In this document: positions 12,168 to 26,037 of the stretch, piece after piece
Layout of the letters: each line of letters begins with the position of its first letter
Numbering within the stretch: the first letter of the stretch is position 1
NCBI RefSeq assembly: GCF_009914755.1
Contig: NC_060942.1
Source of the DNA: the human T2T-CHM13v2.0 reference genome, Homo sapiens
Length of the DNA: 64,000 nt
Reading direction: 5' to 3' (one strand)
Notes under the pieces: model-generated
Seen by the model: the letters and a program-made list of their open reading frames with translations, nothing else
Told to the model about the DNA's origin: nothing
Databases searched by the model: none
Made by a program: the position numbers and the translations under genes

Positions 12168-14550
12168 GTATGACAACACACAGTAGGTAGTTAGCCAGGC
12201 TGATCCAACTCCAGGAACACAGTTCCCTGAAAGCAGATCTGCAAATGGCAGTGGGGAAACAAGGCCTTCCTGGGCCAGGTGGTATTCTGACATCCAGGCA
12301 ATGTCATGAGCCTTGCTGGCAGGGTCACAAGTCTCAGGATGGGCTCAGAGAGACTGCTTCTAATCCTGAGTGATGGGCTGACCTGTAGGCAGATTTCCAG
12401 GGCCTCTGTGCATGGGGGGAGAGGGGAGCTTGACTCCTGCTAAGATCTGAATTCATTTTGAATGGGCTAGTAGAGTTGTTTGAGATCATATTTAACTCAT
12501 AATAGGAACAGATAATGAGTCTCTTCAAAAACAAGGTTTTATTTTGTTATTAAATAGAATATTTGTTGGTCTCCTCCTCTGTGCTGAGTATCAACCCAGG
12601 TGAAGAGATACAGGGACCAGCAAGACGTCAACATGTCTCATGGAGTTCACTTCGTAGAGGATCTAAAACCAAAAATATTTATTTTTGTGCCCAACTGGAA
12701 TGCTAGTTCCTTAATAAAAGAGACTCTGTATATCTTGTCCTTATCAGGATCTCAGAACTGAGAAGTATTTGTTGACTGACTGGCTCATGATAGACATATT
12801 CAGTAAGAACTAGCCTGTTAGACGAAGACATTTTCTTCTGGTGCTTACTGAAAAGTATTTAATAGACAACCAAAAACTGATGATGCATATGAAAAGGTAT
12901 AGTCCTGTGATAAATGAAGAATTATGACTCTTAGCTATAGGAGGAAAATGGATTTATTTCTGCCATGGTAAATTTATTACATTTGATCAGACCAGAAAGA
13001 AAAAATAACAGAAGAAGACATTTTGATGTCTTGCCCCTTCCATTTGTAGAAGAGGGAAATAAATATGGCATCACTATTTTACCTGCCTGAATATTCAAAA
13101 TTCTGCATGTGCCAAGTCTCTCCTCAAAATGAGTACCTGACTGGAGGAAAACATTTCCAAGGGAATCATATTTTACAGGGCGTTGAGTCTATATCTTTGG
13201 TGCCCACATTTATTCCCATTAATTTAATTTTTTTCCAAAATCTCATTTAAAATTTAGTGCTAGCAACTGCCAGATTTCAATCAGTCATTTTAGTAACAGT
13301 CCTTAATCTTCCATCCTTGACCCTGTTGTTTCATTCATTGACAAGATTTATAACAGAATTATTGACTCCAAATGACATAGTGTTTTTTCTGGGATCAGTT
13401 ACATTACTTGAAAATGGGGAAGGGCTCCTGATGGTTGTTTTGAAAAATCTGCCCAGCATAACAATTGATAACACTCTAGTCACCCAGAGCAGGAAAAGGG
13501 AAATTAGTAAAACATTTCTCATAAAGAGCAAACTTTTGAACTTTTTGTACTTGTTTTTCTCTCAGAAATATCAGCAGATTCATCCACTTTGGTACAAAAT
13601 GATTGGAAAAGCCCATTTTTTTTTTAATGGAAAAACTACTTTTCAAGAACTATGATTTTGTGTGCCCCCCCAGGGAACTTGGAGTTGAAAGCCAAAAATG
13701 AAGGAAATTTTCAAACTCAGGGAAAACTTTGGCAGTCAGCCCTACTGAGAATAAAAACAAGTTCCTTCACAGCTCTGTGTGCTAAGAAATAAGGCAGAAT
13801 TCAGGAGCTGCCATGCCTACCATTCTGGAGAGGCTGGAGTTTCTTCAGCTCACTATTATCCCTGGTGTGAAAGCAGAAAAGAGGTGGCATGAACTATGGA
13901 GTTGCTGGAAAAAGACTATCTGTCATGTTACCAAAGGAAAACAAAAGTCAAACCAATAATAAAACAAACAGGAGAACTAAAGTCCTGTTGAAAATTCACA
14001 TCAAATGTGAGAGAATCCCCAGGATTCTAGAGTTTCACTTTAGTTTATTTTGGGAGAAGGGACAATTCCATTAAGAAAACCAACTGAATACCTCATTTCC
14101 TTTTCATATCTTAGGATAGGTAAAAGGGTGCAAATAAGAAAAAGAAGAGCATTTTATCTTTTTAACAGGGTAAAACAAATATTTGGACTCAAGGAAGGTG
14201 TCTCAAAAAAGAGAAAGAAAGCACTATTATTCTTGATTATAGAGAGAAAGATCTTTCCTTTAGCCACGTATGGATTTCTCTATGGGCAAATAATACACAT
14301 ATTTACTGTTCTGCATTGATGTTACTCTCCTCATGGAACTTAGTGAGTCAACCAGGAAGTAGAGAAAGATGAAATAAGCAGTAATTTAGTATAGACAATA
14401 TGAAAAATCACCAAAAAAAAATTTAATTGCATAGAGCCACATGGAGCTCTCAAGAGTTGAAAAGTTTCTGATTAAAGTTCGGAACTTTTGAAATTTTTCA
14501 ACTGCTTTCCTGTTGGATGTCTACTACTTGCTTTTTAAAAAAATAATCTG

Positions 14551-14947
<397 letters not shown>

Positions 14948-16246
14948 TTCCACTTTGGAAAACAATGAAGTAATAGAGGGCATCAATAACTTTCAGCTAT
15001 AAAGAACACTACCCACAGCCTGGGGAAGACGCATTGCAAAGGCAAAATGAAATAATTCCTGGAGCTCACACGTGGCCAGGAGGACCGTTTGCTCCCAACA
15101 GCCAGATTGGTACAGACCTCACAGTGCACAGAGTGAAAGGAAGAGGACTTAGAAGGACCTCACCTTGGCAGTGCCACCGAATTAGTCTTCCATTACAGGC
15201 TGTACTGCTATTGCCTAAGAAAGTTTAAGAGCAAACTGTAAAATAATCAGACTGTTTCCACGGAACGTAACTGTGCTCTAGAAAGTAACTCATATATATT
15301 TATAAGAATAAAAAAATTCCCAGAATTGGCAACATAAAATCACAATGTTGGGCATTCAGTCAAAAATTACCAGTTCTGCAAAGCATCAGGAAATAACCCA
15401 TAATAAAGAAAATTATTAGCCAATAGAAATAGACCCAGAAATGATAACGATAACAATATTTGTAGACAAGGACATTTCCAGTCACTATGCCTTTCTTCTG
15501 TATGTTCAAGAAGGTGTAGGAAGGCATGAACATGTGAAGGAGGGACACAAAAGATATTTTAAAGCCCAGGTTGAACATCTGCAGAAAAATACATTTGACA
15601 GGACTATCAGCAGATTAGACATTGTATAATGAAAGAGCAATACATTAGAAAACGCAGCAATACACATGATCAGAAATAAACACAAGGGAGCTAGAGAAAA
15701 AGGGACAATGTAAAAAGGTATGCTATATCTGTAACTGGAGTGCCAGATGGAGCATAAAAACACACTTGAAAATCTGATGGTTAAAAATTATCCAAATGTA
15801 ATGAAAATTATAAGCTTCCAGAACCAAGAACCTCGATGAGTGGCAAGCAAAATAACAAGGCATGAATTTTAAGAGAAAAGGACTGATAAATTTCATCAAG
15901 ACTAAAAAAACTTTCTCTTCAAAAGACACTTTAGAAAATGAAAAGGTAAGCCACACACTGTGGGAAATATATGCTAAGTATGACTAAGTACTTCTATCTG
16001 GGAATACACAAAGAATATACAAATAACTTTTTAAATGGTAAAATCCAATTAAAACTATATATTTTAGCAGATACTTAATCAAAATATTATATAAATATGG
16101 CACACAACATGTACAAAGATGCTCAACATCATTAGTTATCACAGATGTGCACAGCAGAACTATAAAGAAGGGACCACTACACCAGGAGGTCTAACATTTT
16201 TAAAGGCCGATAATGCCAAATGTTGTCAAGATAACTGGAATGGTCA

Positions 16247-16625
<379 letters not shown>

Positions 16626-16764
16626 CTACCATTAGATGCAGCAATTTCACTCCTAGATACTTATGCAAGAGGAATGTAAGCATATGTCCACATATACACT
16701 TTTACAGATATAATTATAGAAACTTTATTTGTAATAAGCAAACACTGGAAACAACCCAAATGTC

Positions 16765-17126
16765 TGTCAAGGGCTGAACTGTATCTACCCAAAGTGTGTA
16801 TATTGAAGCTCTGGACCCCAATCCCTCAGAATGTGCCTATTTGGAAATAGGGCCTTTAAAAGGGTGATTAAGTTAAAATGAAGCTATTAGGCTGGTTCCT
16901 CCTCCAGAAGAGGACATTTGGATACACGAAGAGACATCAGCGATGCACACACAGAGAAAAGACCATGCAAAGACGTCTGAAAGCCGAGGAGAGCGGCCTC
17001 GGGAGAAACCAAACCTGCCAACACCTGCTAATCTCAGACTTCTAGCCTCTCGAACTGTGAAAAATAAACGTCTGTTTTTTAAAGCACTCGGTGACATTTT
17101 GTTAGTTTTGCTAAAAAACTAATACA
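16765..17126 (+). mobile_element. MLT1A/B-type MaLR solo LTR
   Basis: TG...CA termini, ctcagaatgtg...ttggaaatagggcctttaaa motif; TSD ATGTC at 16760-16764 and 17127-17131, splitting an L1 motif. Confidence 0.9.
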
Positions 17127-18314
17127 ATGTCCATCAACAGATGGATAAGCAAATTGTTGTATCCTCACGCAAGGGAAAACTACACAGCCATAAGCGCAAC
17201 AATTTACACATGCTGTGGTACGCGGATATGTAGTTGCCTGGGGATGGGGGTGGGAGGAAAAACTAAAATAATCGTACATTTAATGAGTACTGAATTGTGT
17301 GCACCAGGAAATTTACAATCAAATCATGAATACCACACATCCATCACCTGTCCTAATATTCTCATGCCCACCTTTGTAATGCCCACCCTTTTTTCTCCCA
17401 GGCAACTACAGATCTGCTTTCCGACACGATAGAATTGTATTTTCTAGAATTGGGTACGTTTCTGACACACGTTGTGTTTTATATAGATATTTTGGTCTGG
17501 CTCCTTACACTCTATGTGAGTACATGGAGATTCATGTGTACCACAGCATGTGTAAACAGTCACTTCTCCCTTTGGGCTGTCTTTCCTATTTCATTAGGTT
17601 GCTTATAGTGATCCCGAAAGATGCAACTCACAAAGTAATCTTCCTAGAAACAGGAAAGTCTAAAAAGTAAAAAAATACATATGGGAAGAAATTTTTATTT
17701 CCCTTAAGGTATATTTTTCTGCCTATATCTGATATAATTTCAATTTTACGATGACCATTTTTCCCTACGTTTTCTCAACTGGAGATCCATTGACTGACAC
17801 AGCTCTACCTTTTATCAAATACCCAATCAGTAACCTGCATGGTGCCACTCAATGGTATCCAGAGTCATCCACACCACTTCTACTGCCCCTAACCCAGGCT
17901 CATCTCTGAAATTTCATTATTCGCATTAGTCACTCTTTGGGTCTGATAATCTAAAGACTTAAAATGCAAAGTCCTTTTTTAAAAAAGAAAAACTGAAGCA
18001 ATGATGCTTTGGTTTGAATTTCAAAGAGAATTGCCTTAACAAAGAGGCCCCAAGAGCACACAACACAGGACTAGGCACAGAGTCAGGGTGAGACACAGAG
18101 AAAGGGTGTGATCTACAAGCCAGTGCAGTTTGCAGGAAGAGGAGGACAGGATTCCTGGGCAGCTAAGGCAGTGATCAGACGATGGTACCTTGGACAACAC
18201 AAGGGCACAACAGCCACCAAGCGGGACAGAAAGGAACTGCTGACACATCTGGCCACTTGCCAGTTTGGGCTGGGAATCCTGGAGGCACTAACATGAACTG
18301 TTTTGACGTACTCT

Positions 18315-18505
18315 ACATAGAATCATAGCATTTCCACAGCTTCACTGAATTTTCAGAGCTGTAAAAATCATTTTCATCTTAGAGATGGGACATTGGAGGC
18401 CCACAGAAGTTAAAAGAGCGTCCAAGAATACATATCTAATTACTGGCACAACCGGGACAGAGCCAGGTGACCTACTCCAGGTCAGGGGTTCTTTCCACTA
18501 CACCT
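18315..18505. mobile_element. MIR
   Basis: agagatgggacattggaggcccacagaagttaa...tccaag...ttctttccactacac. Confidence 0.65.
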
Positions 18506-18918
18506 GTGCCTGACTTGAAAGCGTTAGAATGCCCTTAGATTAAAACCAAATTTTGTTTATCATCATCAGCCAAGGTATTATCTCATTAATAATTGCAGTC
18601 ATCACAATTATAAAGCATATAGGTTCCCTGACAGTAATGGTAGTAATAGTCGTAAATATTCATTATATGCACCTGAAAGCTGATGAGCTAGAACTGAAAG
18701 GAAAAACCATAAGCTGGTAGAAAGAATGAAGAAAGGAGGCTACAACTACTGCATAGAGCTGGCTTGAGTATTCCCAGGCCAGCAAAGACTTCCACATTTA
18801 TAAGGCCACTTACTCTTCCTCCCAGACATTGAAAAACATCTGTCCAACTTGATAAGAAGAACCAAACTAAGTGGAAGTGTGCAAAAGAAATCCTTTGTGT
18901 TAAAGAACTATTATTAGT

Positions 18919-18997
18919 TTAAGTACAGTATTGCAGGTCCTAAATCTTGGTCCCTCTCTTAAGTACAGTATTGCAGGTCCTAAATCTTGGTCCCTCT
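18919..18997. repeat. 40-bp-period tandem duplication (2 copies)
   Basis: ttaagtacagtattgcaggtcctaaatcttggtccctct repeated exactly. Confidence 0.98.
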
Positions 18998-20754
18998 TCC
19001 CATCACTTCCTTTTTTTCTCACCTTCTCACATGCAAAAACACATATGCATATGCATGTCTGTGCTGAGGACCACACAGCCAAGGGAACTGATAACAAGTG
19101 AGAAGAGTGAAATCCAGACAGGAAAATTAATGACATTCTTTCAGATGCTTCTGCTTCTCAGAGAAATCACAAGTGCATTAACTCATTTGATTCCCGCAAA
19201 TTGCTTGTAAAGCCGGCAGCACCAGGATAATTATGCCTGTGTGGCTGATGAGGAAAGTGTGGAACGCAGAGGCATCTTCATTCTTATGATTAACCCAAGT
19301 GTGAGCATCCCTGTCTGGAACAAAGTCATTCCTTTCTGATTGATTACCTATTTAATTGAACCCTGAGCTAGTGGGGCTGCAGCTCTTACCTTTGAGGTCT
19401 ATTAGAGTTCCATGGAGGAAGTCTTTTTAGTGCCAGGGACAGTATTGGGGTTCAGTGCTAAATATTTATCTACTAAATGGGAAAATTAAAATTTAAGAAA
19501 ACCATCAATGCAGATAATGACAAAGACTCACAAATGAAGACATGCCTGCTATTTGTGTCCTATGCATTAGCAGAAACCATCAACAGAGTCAGCATACTTT
19601 CAACTGAAAAGACAACCACATTAAATGACTTCCGTGAACTACTTTGATGAGCGTGAGTAATGTTTTCAGTTAACAACACAAGAATTGAGTCTTCCATTAT
19701 CACGAGATTTTTTCCTTCAGCATTAGTAGAAGCATCTCCAAGTTAGAGCGAACCGGAGACTTCCGCTGGTACAATAAAATCATAAATAATTAAAATGACT
19801 TAAGCTGCCCCTTTCTTTAACATTTCCTATCCAAAAGGCCCATAAATCACTTCAATAAAAGTGCCTTTTTTTTTTTTATCAACCCTAAATCTGTGCTTAG
19901 GTCTATGTGCTTCTACTTGATTTTATGCATCAGATGTAGCAAGAGATGAATTGATTGCCTGTTTTACAATGTCACACATATGTGTCTACCACTTGGTACT
20001 TCTGGCAAGGGGAGGTCACAAAAAATAGATTTCACTGGAGACAACCACAATTTTCTCCTTCTTCCAGACGTTTCACTTTCCATAATCTGACCCAGATTAT
20101 TAGCCACAATTAATTAATTCTACCTAAGGAGTCCTTTTAAGAGTAGACAGCATGGGAGTGACATAGCAACAGCCATAGCCTACTAAGTGCCTGGTACCAA
20201 AGATCCTTTATTAAATACTCAATATAATCATGCATGGTTTATCATATTTTCTCGATTTTACAGACTTAGTAATGGACTTGTCCATATTTATTTATTTCCA
20301 TAAATAATTAGGAGAGCCTGGAGTTGCACCAAGTTCTCTCTGACTTGAAGAGCTTATCAATTAAAAAATAAGTCAGAGTCAGGGTGACTCTGACTCTAGC
20401 CCAATAAGTAGAAAAGGATATGAGATGTCCACTGCTTCAATTATCTTCAGAGCAAGATAACAACCATTTATTAAAGCAGGAGAGAAAGTATCCTATTGTT
20501 TAACTTCTGTAGGGACAGCGATTTCTTGGATTGCTTAGGTTTCCAACTTTGGACTCTTCTGTATATGTAGTGTAGATTCAGTTGTAAAATGTTGCTTCCT
20601 CTCTGAGAAAACTCTTCTGGTTCTACTGGACCCCTTCTAGACAGTACCTAGTGAAAGTAATACGGGTAAATAGCAAGCTGAAAGAGCATGACGGAGCTAG
20701 TCCAGTCCATATATACTGCAGCAAGATTGATTTTGAAGTAACAATCACTATGAA

Positions 20755-20975
20755 TTAAAGGCAGCATGGCATAGCAAAAAAGGAATCAATTTGGCAGTCA
20801 GACATAATTGGATTCAAATTCCAGCTTCATCACTTAACTGATTAACCTTAAGAAAAGTTATTTAACCTCTCAGAGCACCTATTTTCTCATCTAAAAAATA
20901 GATTTAAGTATGACAGTCCTTGTATATACTGATAGGAATTTTCAGTGAGATAACGCAAATAAAATGTGATATATT
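20755..20975. mobile_element. MIR
   Basis: ggcagcatggcatag...ggattcaaattccagcttcatcactta...ttatttaacctctcagagc...ttttctcatctaaaaaata. Confidence 0.8.
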
Positions 20976-22284
20976 AATGGTTATGAATAATTATTATGAA
21001 TACATATTCATATCTATGTATAATCCCAATTTGTCTAGAGTAAGTTTGATTCTCCCTAGGTATACATGTAGGCTTACTGAGAAAATGTTCATCAGCATAT
21101 TCCTTCACACATCTTCCATTTTTGAGAGAACAGTGTAGTGTGGTCTGAAGTAAATTGGGTAAATTTTGAAAACTGAATATCCCTAAATTTAGAAGGACAC
21201 AGATAAGAACTTGGAGCAAAACAGATGAACATATTTGATTCTATAATAAAAGGATAGAGCAAAAAGCAACAGTTCCTTAATTTGCTTTTTTCCTCCTAAC
21301 TTGGCTTTCTAATAACATCATACATATTTTTGACAAGTGCATAACACCCTCCTAATCTGGATGGCAAGTACAAGAGCTGAAATTTGAGGGAGACACTTTC
21401 AAAACCTTCTTGAACTCATTTTTTTTTTTGCAGGTGAATTTCAACTTGAGCAAGCTAAAGCAGAAAAATATGCATGTAAACACCACAAACTAAATTTCTT
21501 GATGTGAAGGCTATCTACTTAAAATAACTTCACATGAAAGTAATGAATTCACTCTCACAGTGGACAGAACAGATCAAGTTTGAGAGGGAAGACAAAAATT
21601 TCTTGGGATGCACTCCCCGTTGAGAGAACCTGTCAGATGATGGATTTTAGTAAATACCAAGAAAAAGCCCTGGGAGACAAAGCAACATGGCTTCCAGATA
21701 CCAACAGCACAACCATTGCCTGTAACTCCTTCTGTACTTTCTTAGAGAGCTCCATAAAACAATATATTCATCAATGCAGGCATATTTACATTGCAGAAAA
21801 CTCAACTTAGACTGGATTAAATAATTATGTATTGGTTCACGTACCTGGAAGTCCAATTGAGGAATAAAGTACAAGTTTTCTTGACCCAGATGCTAAGAGA
21901 TGCTGTCTCGTCACTATGTCTTTTGCAGATTACTAATTCTATGTTGGCTGCAGGAACAGCTCATGCTTAGGTCACGGGCCGCTGGTGCACAGTTATCTTT
22001 TATGTTAATTGACACAAACCGAAAGGAAACACCCCAAAGCTAAGGATCAGCTTTCTCCTAAGTACAAGAGCTGACTAGGGAGAAATGGATACACAACGAC
22101 TATCTAGGTACTATTTGAAAGAGTACTCATTTTAATGAGAGAGAATTTAATTCAAACTGTCCCCATTAATCAGGGAATAAACCTATGAAGAATAAAGATC
22201 CATTTACACTGCATTGGAACAGGCAAGGATAAAATTACCTTCTCTCTAAGATGTGTGGACAGAAAAGGTAAATCTTAGAACCCA

Positions 22285-22730
22285 TGTCAGTTTGGCTGCA
22301 TGTGACAGAACAATGCAAAATACCAGGATTAAGCAACATAGAAGTTTATTTTCCTTTCACATAAAAGAATCCAGAAAAAATCTGGTCTGGTGACGCTATG
22401 GTTTTAAAAAAGGAAACAAAAAATAATCAAGGGCTTCCAGTTCCTATTGTTCTGCTCTTCAGTGCCGGCTTCCATCTTCAATAGATTATCTCATCGTTAA
22501 AAGTATCTGTCTTTCAAAAGCTCTAGCCCGTCATTACTTCTACATTTCATTTCAAACAAAGACAAAGAAAAGCCAGAAGGGTGCCGCCTTACTCCCGCAA
22601 AGAGCCTTCTTGGAAGTCCTAAGGCAACACTTATGCTTGCATCTGATTGGCCAGAAATGTGTCACATGACCATATCTAGGTGAAAGAAAACTGCTGGGCT
22701 ATGCAGTCTTTCAGCAGCATACCTTGCCCA
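22285..22730 (-). mobile_element. Old MaLR LTR (MLT1J/K/L-like)
   Basis: ttggctgcatgtgacagaa...aagcaacatagaagtttattttc and ctgattggccagaaatgtgtcacatgacca motifs. Confidence 0.6.
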
Positions 22731-22794
22731 GGCATCCACTCTCGTACAAAGGACACAAGGAAGAATACCAGAAACTACTGATTCTCTTATTCTC

Positions 22795-23260
22795 AGAACC
22801 TATGGAAGTGACCTAGAATAGCCAAGACAAATTGAAAAACAAGAATAAGTTTGGAGGACTTATGCAATTGGTTTTAAAAAATTACAGCAAACTAAACTAA
22901 TCAAAAGAGTGTAGTATTGGCACAATATACACATCAATGGAACAGAACAGAGTATACAAAAACCGATGCAAACATACATAGTCAGTTGGCTTTTGGTAAA
23001 GATTCCAAGAAAATTCAATGAGAACAAAACAGTCCTTTTAAAGAATGCTTGCTGTAATAATTGGGTAACAGTTTGGGAGGAAAAATTAAGCTCAACCATT
23101 GCCTCACAATATACATAAAACATTAATACAAAAAGGTGTTATAGTTCTAAATGTATGAGCTAAAACTCTAAAACTTCTAGAAGAAAACAGAAGAAAATCA
23201 GTGTGGCATAAGGAGTCCTTGAAAAGAAGAGAAAACTCAGAAATCATGTTAGAAAAATAT
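22795..23260 (+). mobile_element. L1M ORF2 fragment
   Basis: acctagaatagccaagacaa...atcaatggaacagaacagag...taaaacttctagaagaaaac. Confidence 0.85.
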
Positions 23261-23265
23261 GGTAG

Positions 23266-24032
23266 AGAGGACTAGTTTGCAGCTCTGGACAGAGTAGCAT
23301 GCAGAGGCTTGCATTGTGAATTTTAGCTCCAGATGGACTGCAAGAACAAATCAGCAATTCTCAGAGGACCTGCAGGCTCTCTGAAAGAAGCAGACAGCTC
23401 CTTGCAGGACACCCCAAATACTGTGAGTGCCCCAGGTGCAGAGGTGGGAAAGGGAGACCCTCCTCCCCCGAACACACCCCACCAACTAGAGAAGCTGAAG
23501 GTCTGTTTGCGGGAGAAGTTTTGGACTTGACCCGGAGCTGAGTCAAGTTAGAGAGCCAGTGAAATACAGGGGTAGGACAAAGCAGCAGAAAGGCCCTGGG
23601 AGCTCGCTCGGTCCCCAGCAGCCCATTCCTGCCTGGCACCACAAGGATCCATTGGGAAGGTGGGCAGAGGAGCAGGGGGTAAAACTCCACAGGGAGAAGG
23701 AATTCTCTCCCTTAACTTTGTAACAATTTGAACCCAGTGAGAAACCTCCTGGCCAGAACTCAGGGAGGGCAGGAATTCACAGGCAGGGGAAGAACCAAGC
23801 CCTTTTCTCTCACAGCTGGGAGGCGGATAGCTTCAGGCAAATTTTCAAGTCCTTCTCACCCTCTTCCTGGAAACAGACTTTGGGCTGTCGTGTGGGGTGT
23901 GGTGGGAGAGAGACCCGGCCCTTCAGTTTGTGTGGGAGCTGGCTGAGGCCCGTTACTGCTGGCTTTCCTCCACTTCCAACCTGCAGGACTCAGCAGAGGC
24001 AGCCATAATCCTCCTAGTTACACAATTCCAGT
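23266..24032 (+). mobile_element. L1 5' UTR fragment (L1PBa-like)
   Basis: ggcttgcattgtgaattttagctccagat...caggacaccccaaatactgtgagtgcc...cagcagaggcagccataatcctcctag resembles the L1PBa 5' end. Confidence 0.7.
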
Positions 24033-26037
24033 GTTGCTGGTGAGGCAAAATGGTGCATTCACTTCAGAAAATAATTAAAAAGAGGTAAAACTGACACTGA
24101 CTGAAACCGCATACAGTAAGATTTTCTGTTGCTTTAAAACTGGCAGATAAATCACAATATCCTGAATTGTAGAACTGCAAAATTCGATCTATAAAAATTT
24201 GTCAAGAGATATAATTACTGTAAATAAAAATTCACAACAGGAGAAGTGAGTCTGTCAAATTTGATGGCAGAAAATATTCCTTAAAGGAATCAAATCTGTG
24301 TGTTAAATATAAAAGTTAATTCCAATGAGAAAATTACATGGAAATATGGAAGCTATTTAACTGTGCCATATAAAACACTGACCCATAACTTAGTTTGACA
24401 TTATGGGATCTGTTTCAGAAGCCACAAGCTTGATGAACAATGTCTCAGTGTTGCCATAATTATAATTTTTTAAGTTTGTATTTTAAAATCTTCCATGTCA
24501 AAATGTCGAAGGTCACAATGGCCTGAGACCATGAATTTCCTTTCCCGTTACTGTGTCAGTGGGCGCACCACCTGAGCCACCCGTGGCCTTCCTTTCACAA
24601 GGAAAAGGAAGACATCAGCGTCTCCAGGTGCTCCTCTCAGCGTGACAGGAAGAATGGCAATCACTAAAGAAAACCAAAGAAAATGCATATATAACTGGAT
24701 CTAAAGAACTCTTTCAAACAACATTATCTCCTCTCACAAGTTATTTTACCAAACGATGCTGCAGTGCAAACTGCAGAGCCCAGCAGTGCGGGTGAACATT
24801 CCGGTTTCTCTGTTCAACGTTACCTGTCCAGCACCAGACCCTTGCTGGGTCTTAGTGCAATGACACCAAGGATCACACCTGAAATTATTCGAGAGACAAA
24901 ACCTAGAGGGAAAGGAAATTGTAGAAAGATTGCATTATTTACAAAGTTAAACCATTTTCTGGAATGTGTCCAAAATGGCTGTTATTGGGCAGGGAGACCT
25001 TGAGGGCTGTGATCAACCCATTTGGTTCTGCCCCATGTAAATAATATGGCAACTCATTCTGCCTATACCGATGATAATGAATTGCAAAAATGTACAATTG
25101 TGTACTTGCTGGAATTCATGATTCTTTAATCACTAAAAAACAGATATCAAATGTTACTTGCAAAAACCCAATAAAATATTTCTAATTGCATTGTTGCATT
25201 TAGTATCAATTCTCTCATTATGTACTACTGCTCAGTAGGTAATTAGAAATGCAATGCACTTATCTCCACCTATTTTTATTTCATCCTTATTTTTACAGCC
25301 TCATCTTTTCACATAACCCTGGCTGAAATAAAACGTGTACATTCAGCAGTCTCAAAGCAGGATAATTGCAGTGCTCTCTCTGTTCTTCATCATTCTCCCT
25401 TCAAGAAACTCAGTCAACTATTTTCTTCTAGAACCCTTCCTAACCAAAACAATCAAGAAAATGACTTTTCATCTCTCAGTGTGAATCAACCACTCAAATG
25501 GTTTTACAAGTCGACCTCATGAGTGTAGGACTGTACCATTCATAGACACAAACTGTCTCCTTGTGGGCTGTCCTCATCGCCTGATGCCCGGCCCTGCTTT
25601 CCATCTGGCCATCATAGTCTGGATAATCCCTTCTTCCTTTTTCAGATCTCCTTTTTTGCTCCTGTTAGACAAATCTCCTTGCTGCCCAACTGAATCTACC
25701 CTTTGTTCTGAATGGAAAACTATTCTAAAAAACAGCAATGAATACGAAAAGTGATCCATCTGCAAAGGAGCAGGATAAAAGAAGTTCTGATCCTTGACAA
25801 TAGTCCCCTGTATAGGAAATTTCCAATAATTATACCATCAATACACAACACCAAGAAACATCAGTGAGTCTTTTTCATTTCCCATTTGACAGTAGAAAGT
25901 GATTGAGTCTATAATAAATGAGTCTATAAATACTAGTTAATATCAATAATGAATGAATAAAACACTGGAGGGAAAAAGACTTACGCCATTTCAAAACTCG
26001 CTTAGCCAAAATGTGATCGAAGATAATCCACCATACT

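Noticed and set aside
13257-13655. 132-aa plus-strand ORF in unique sequence
   Set aside because: Non-ATG start, no recognisable homology or convincing splice context; consistent with chance
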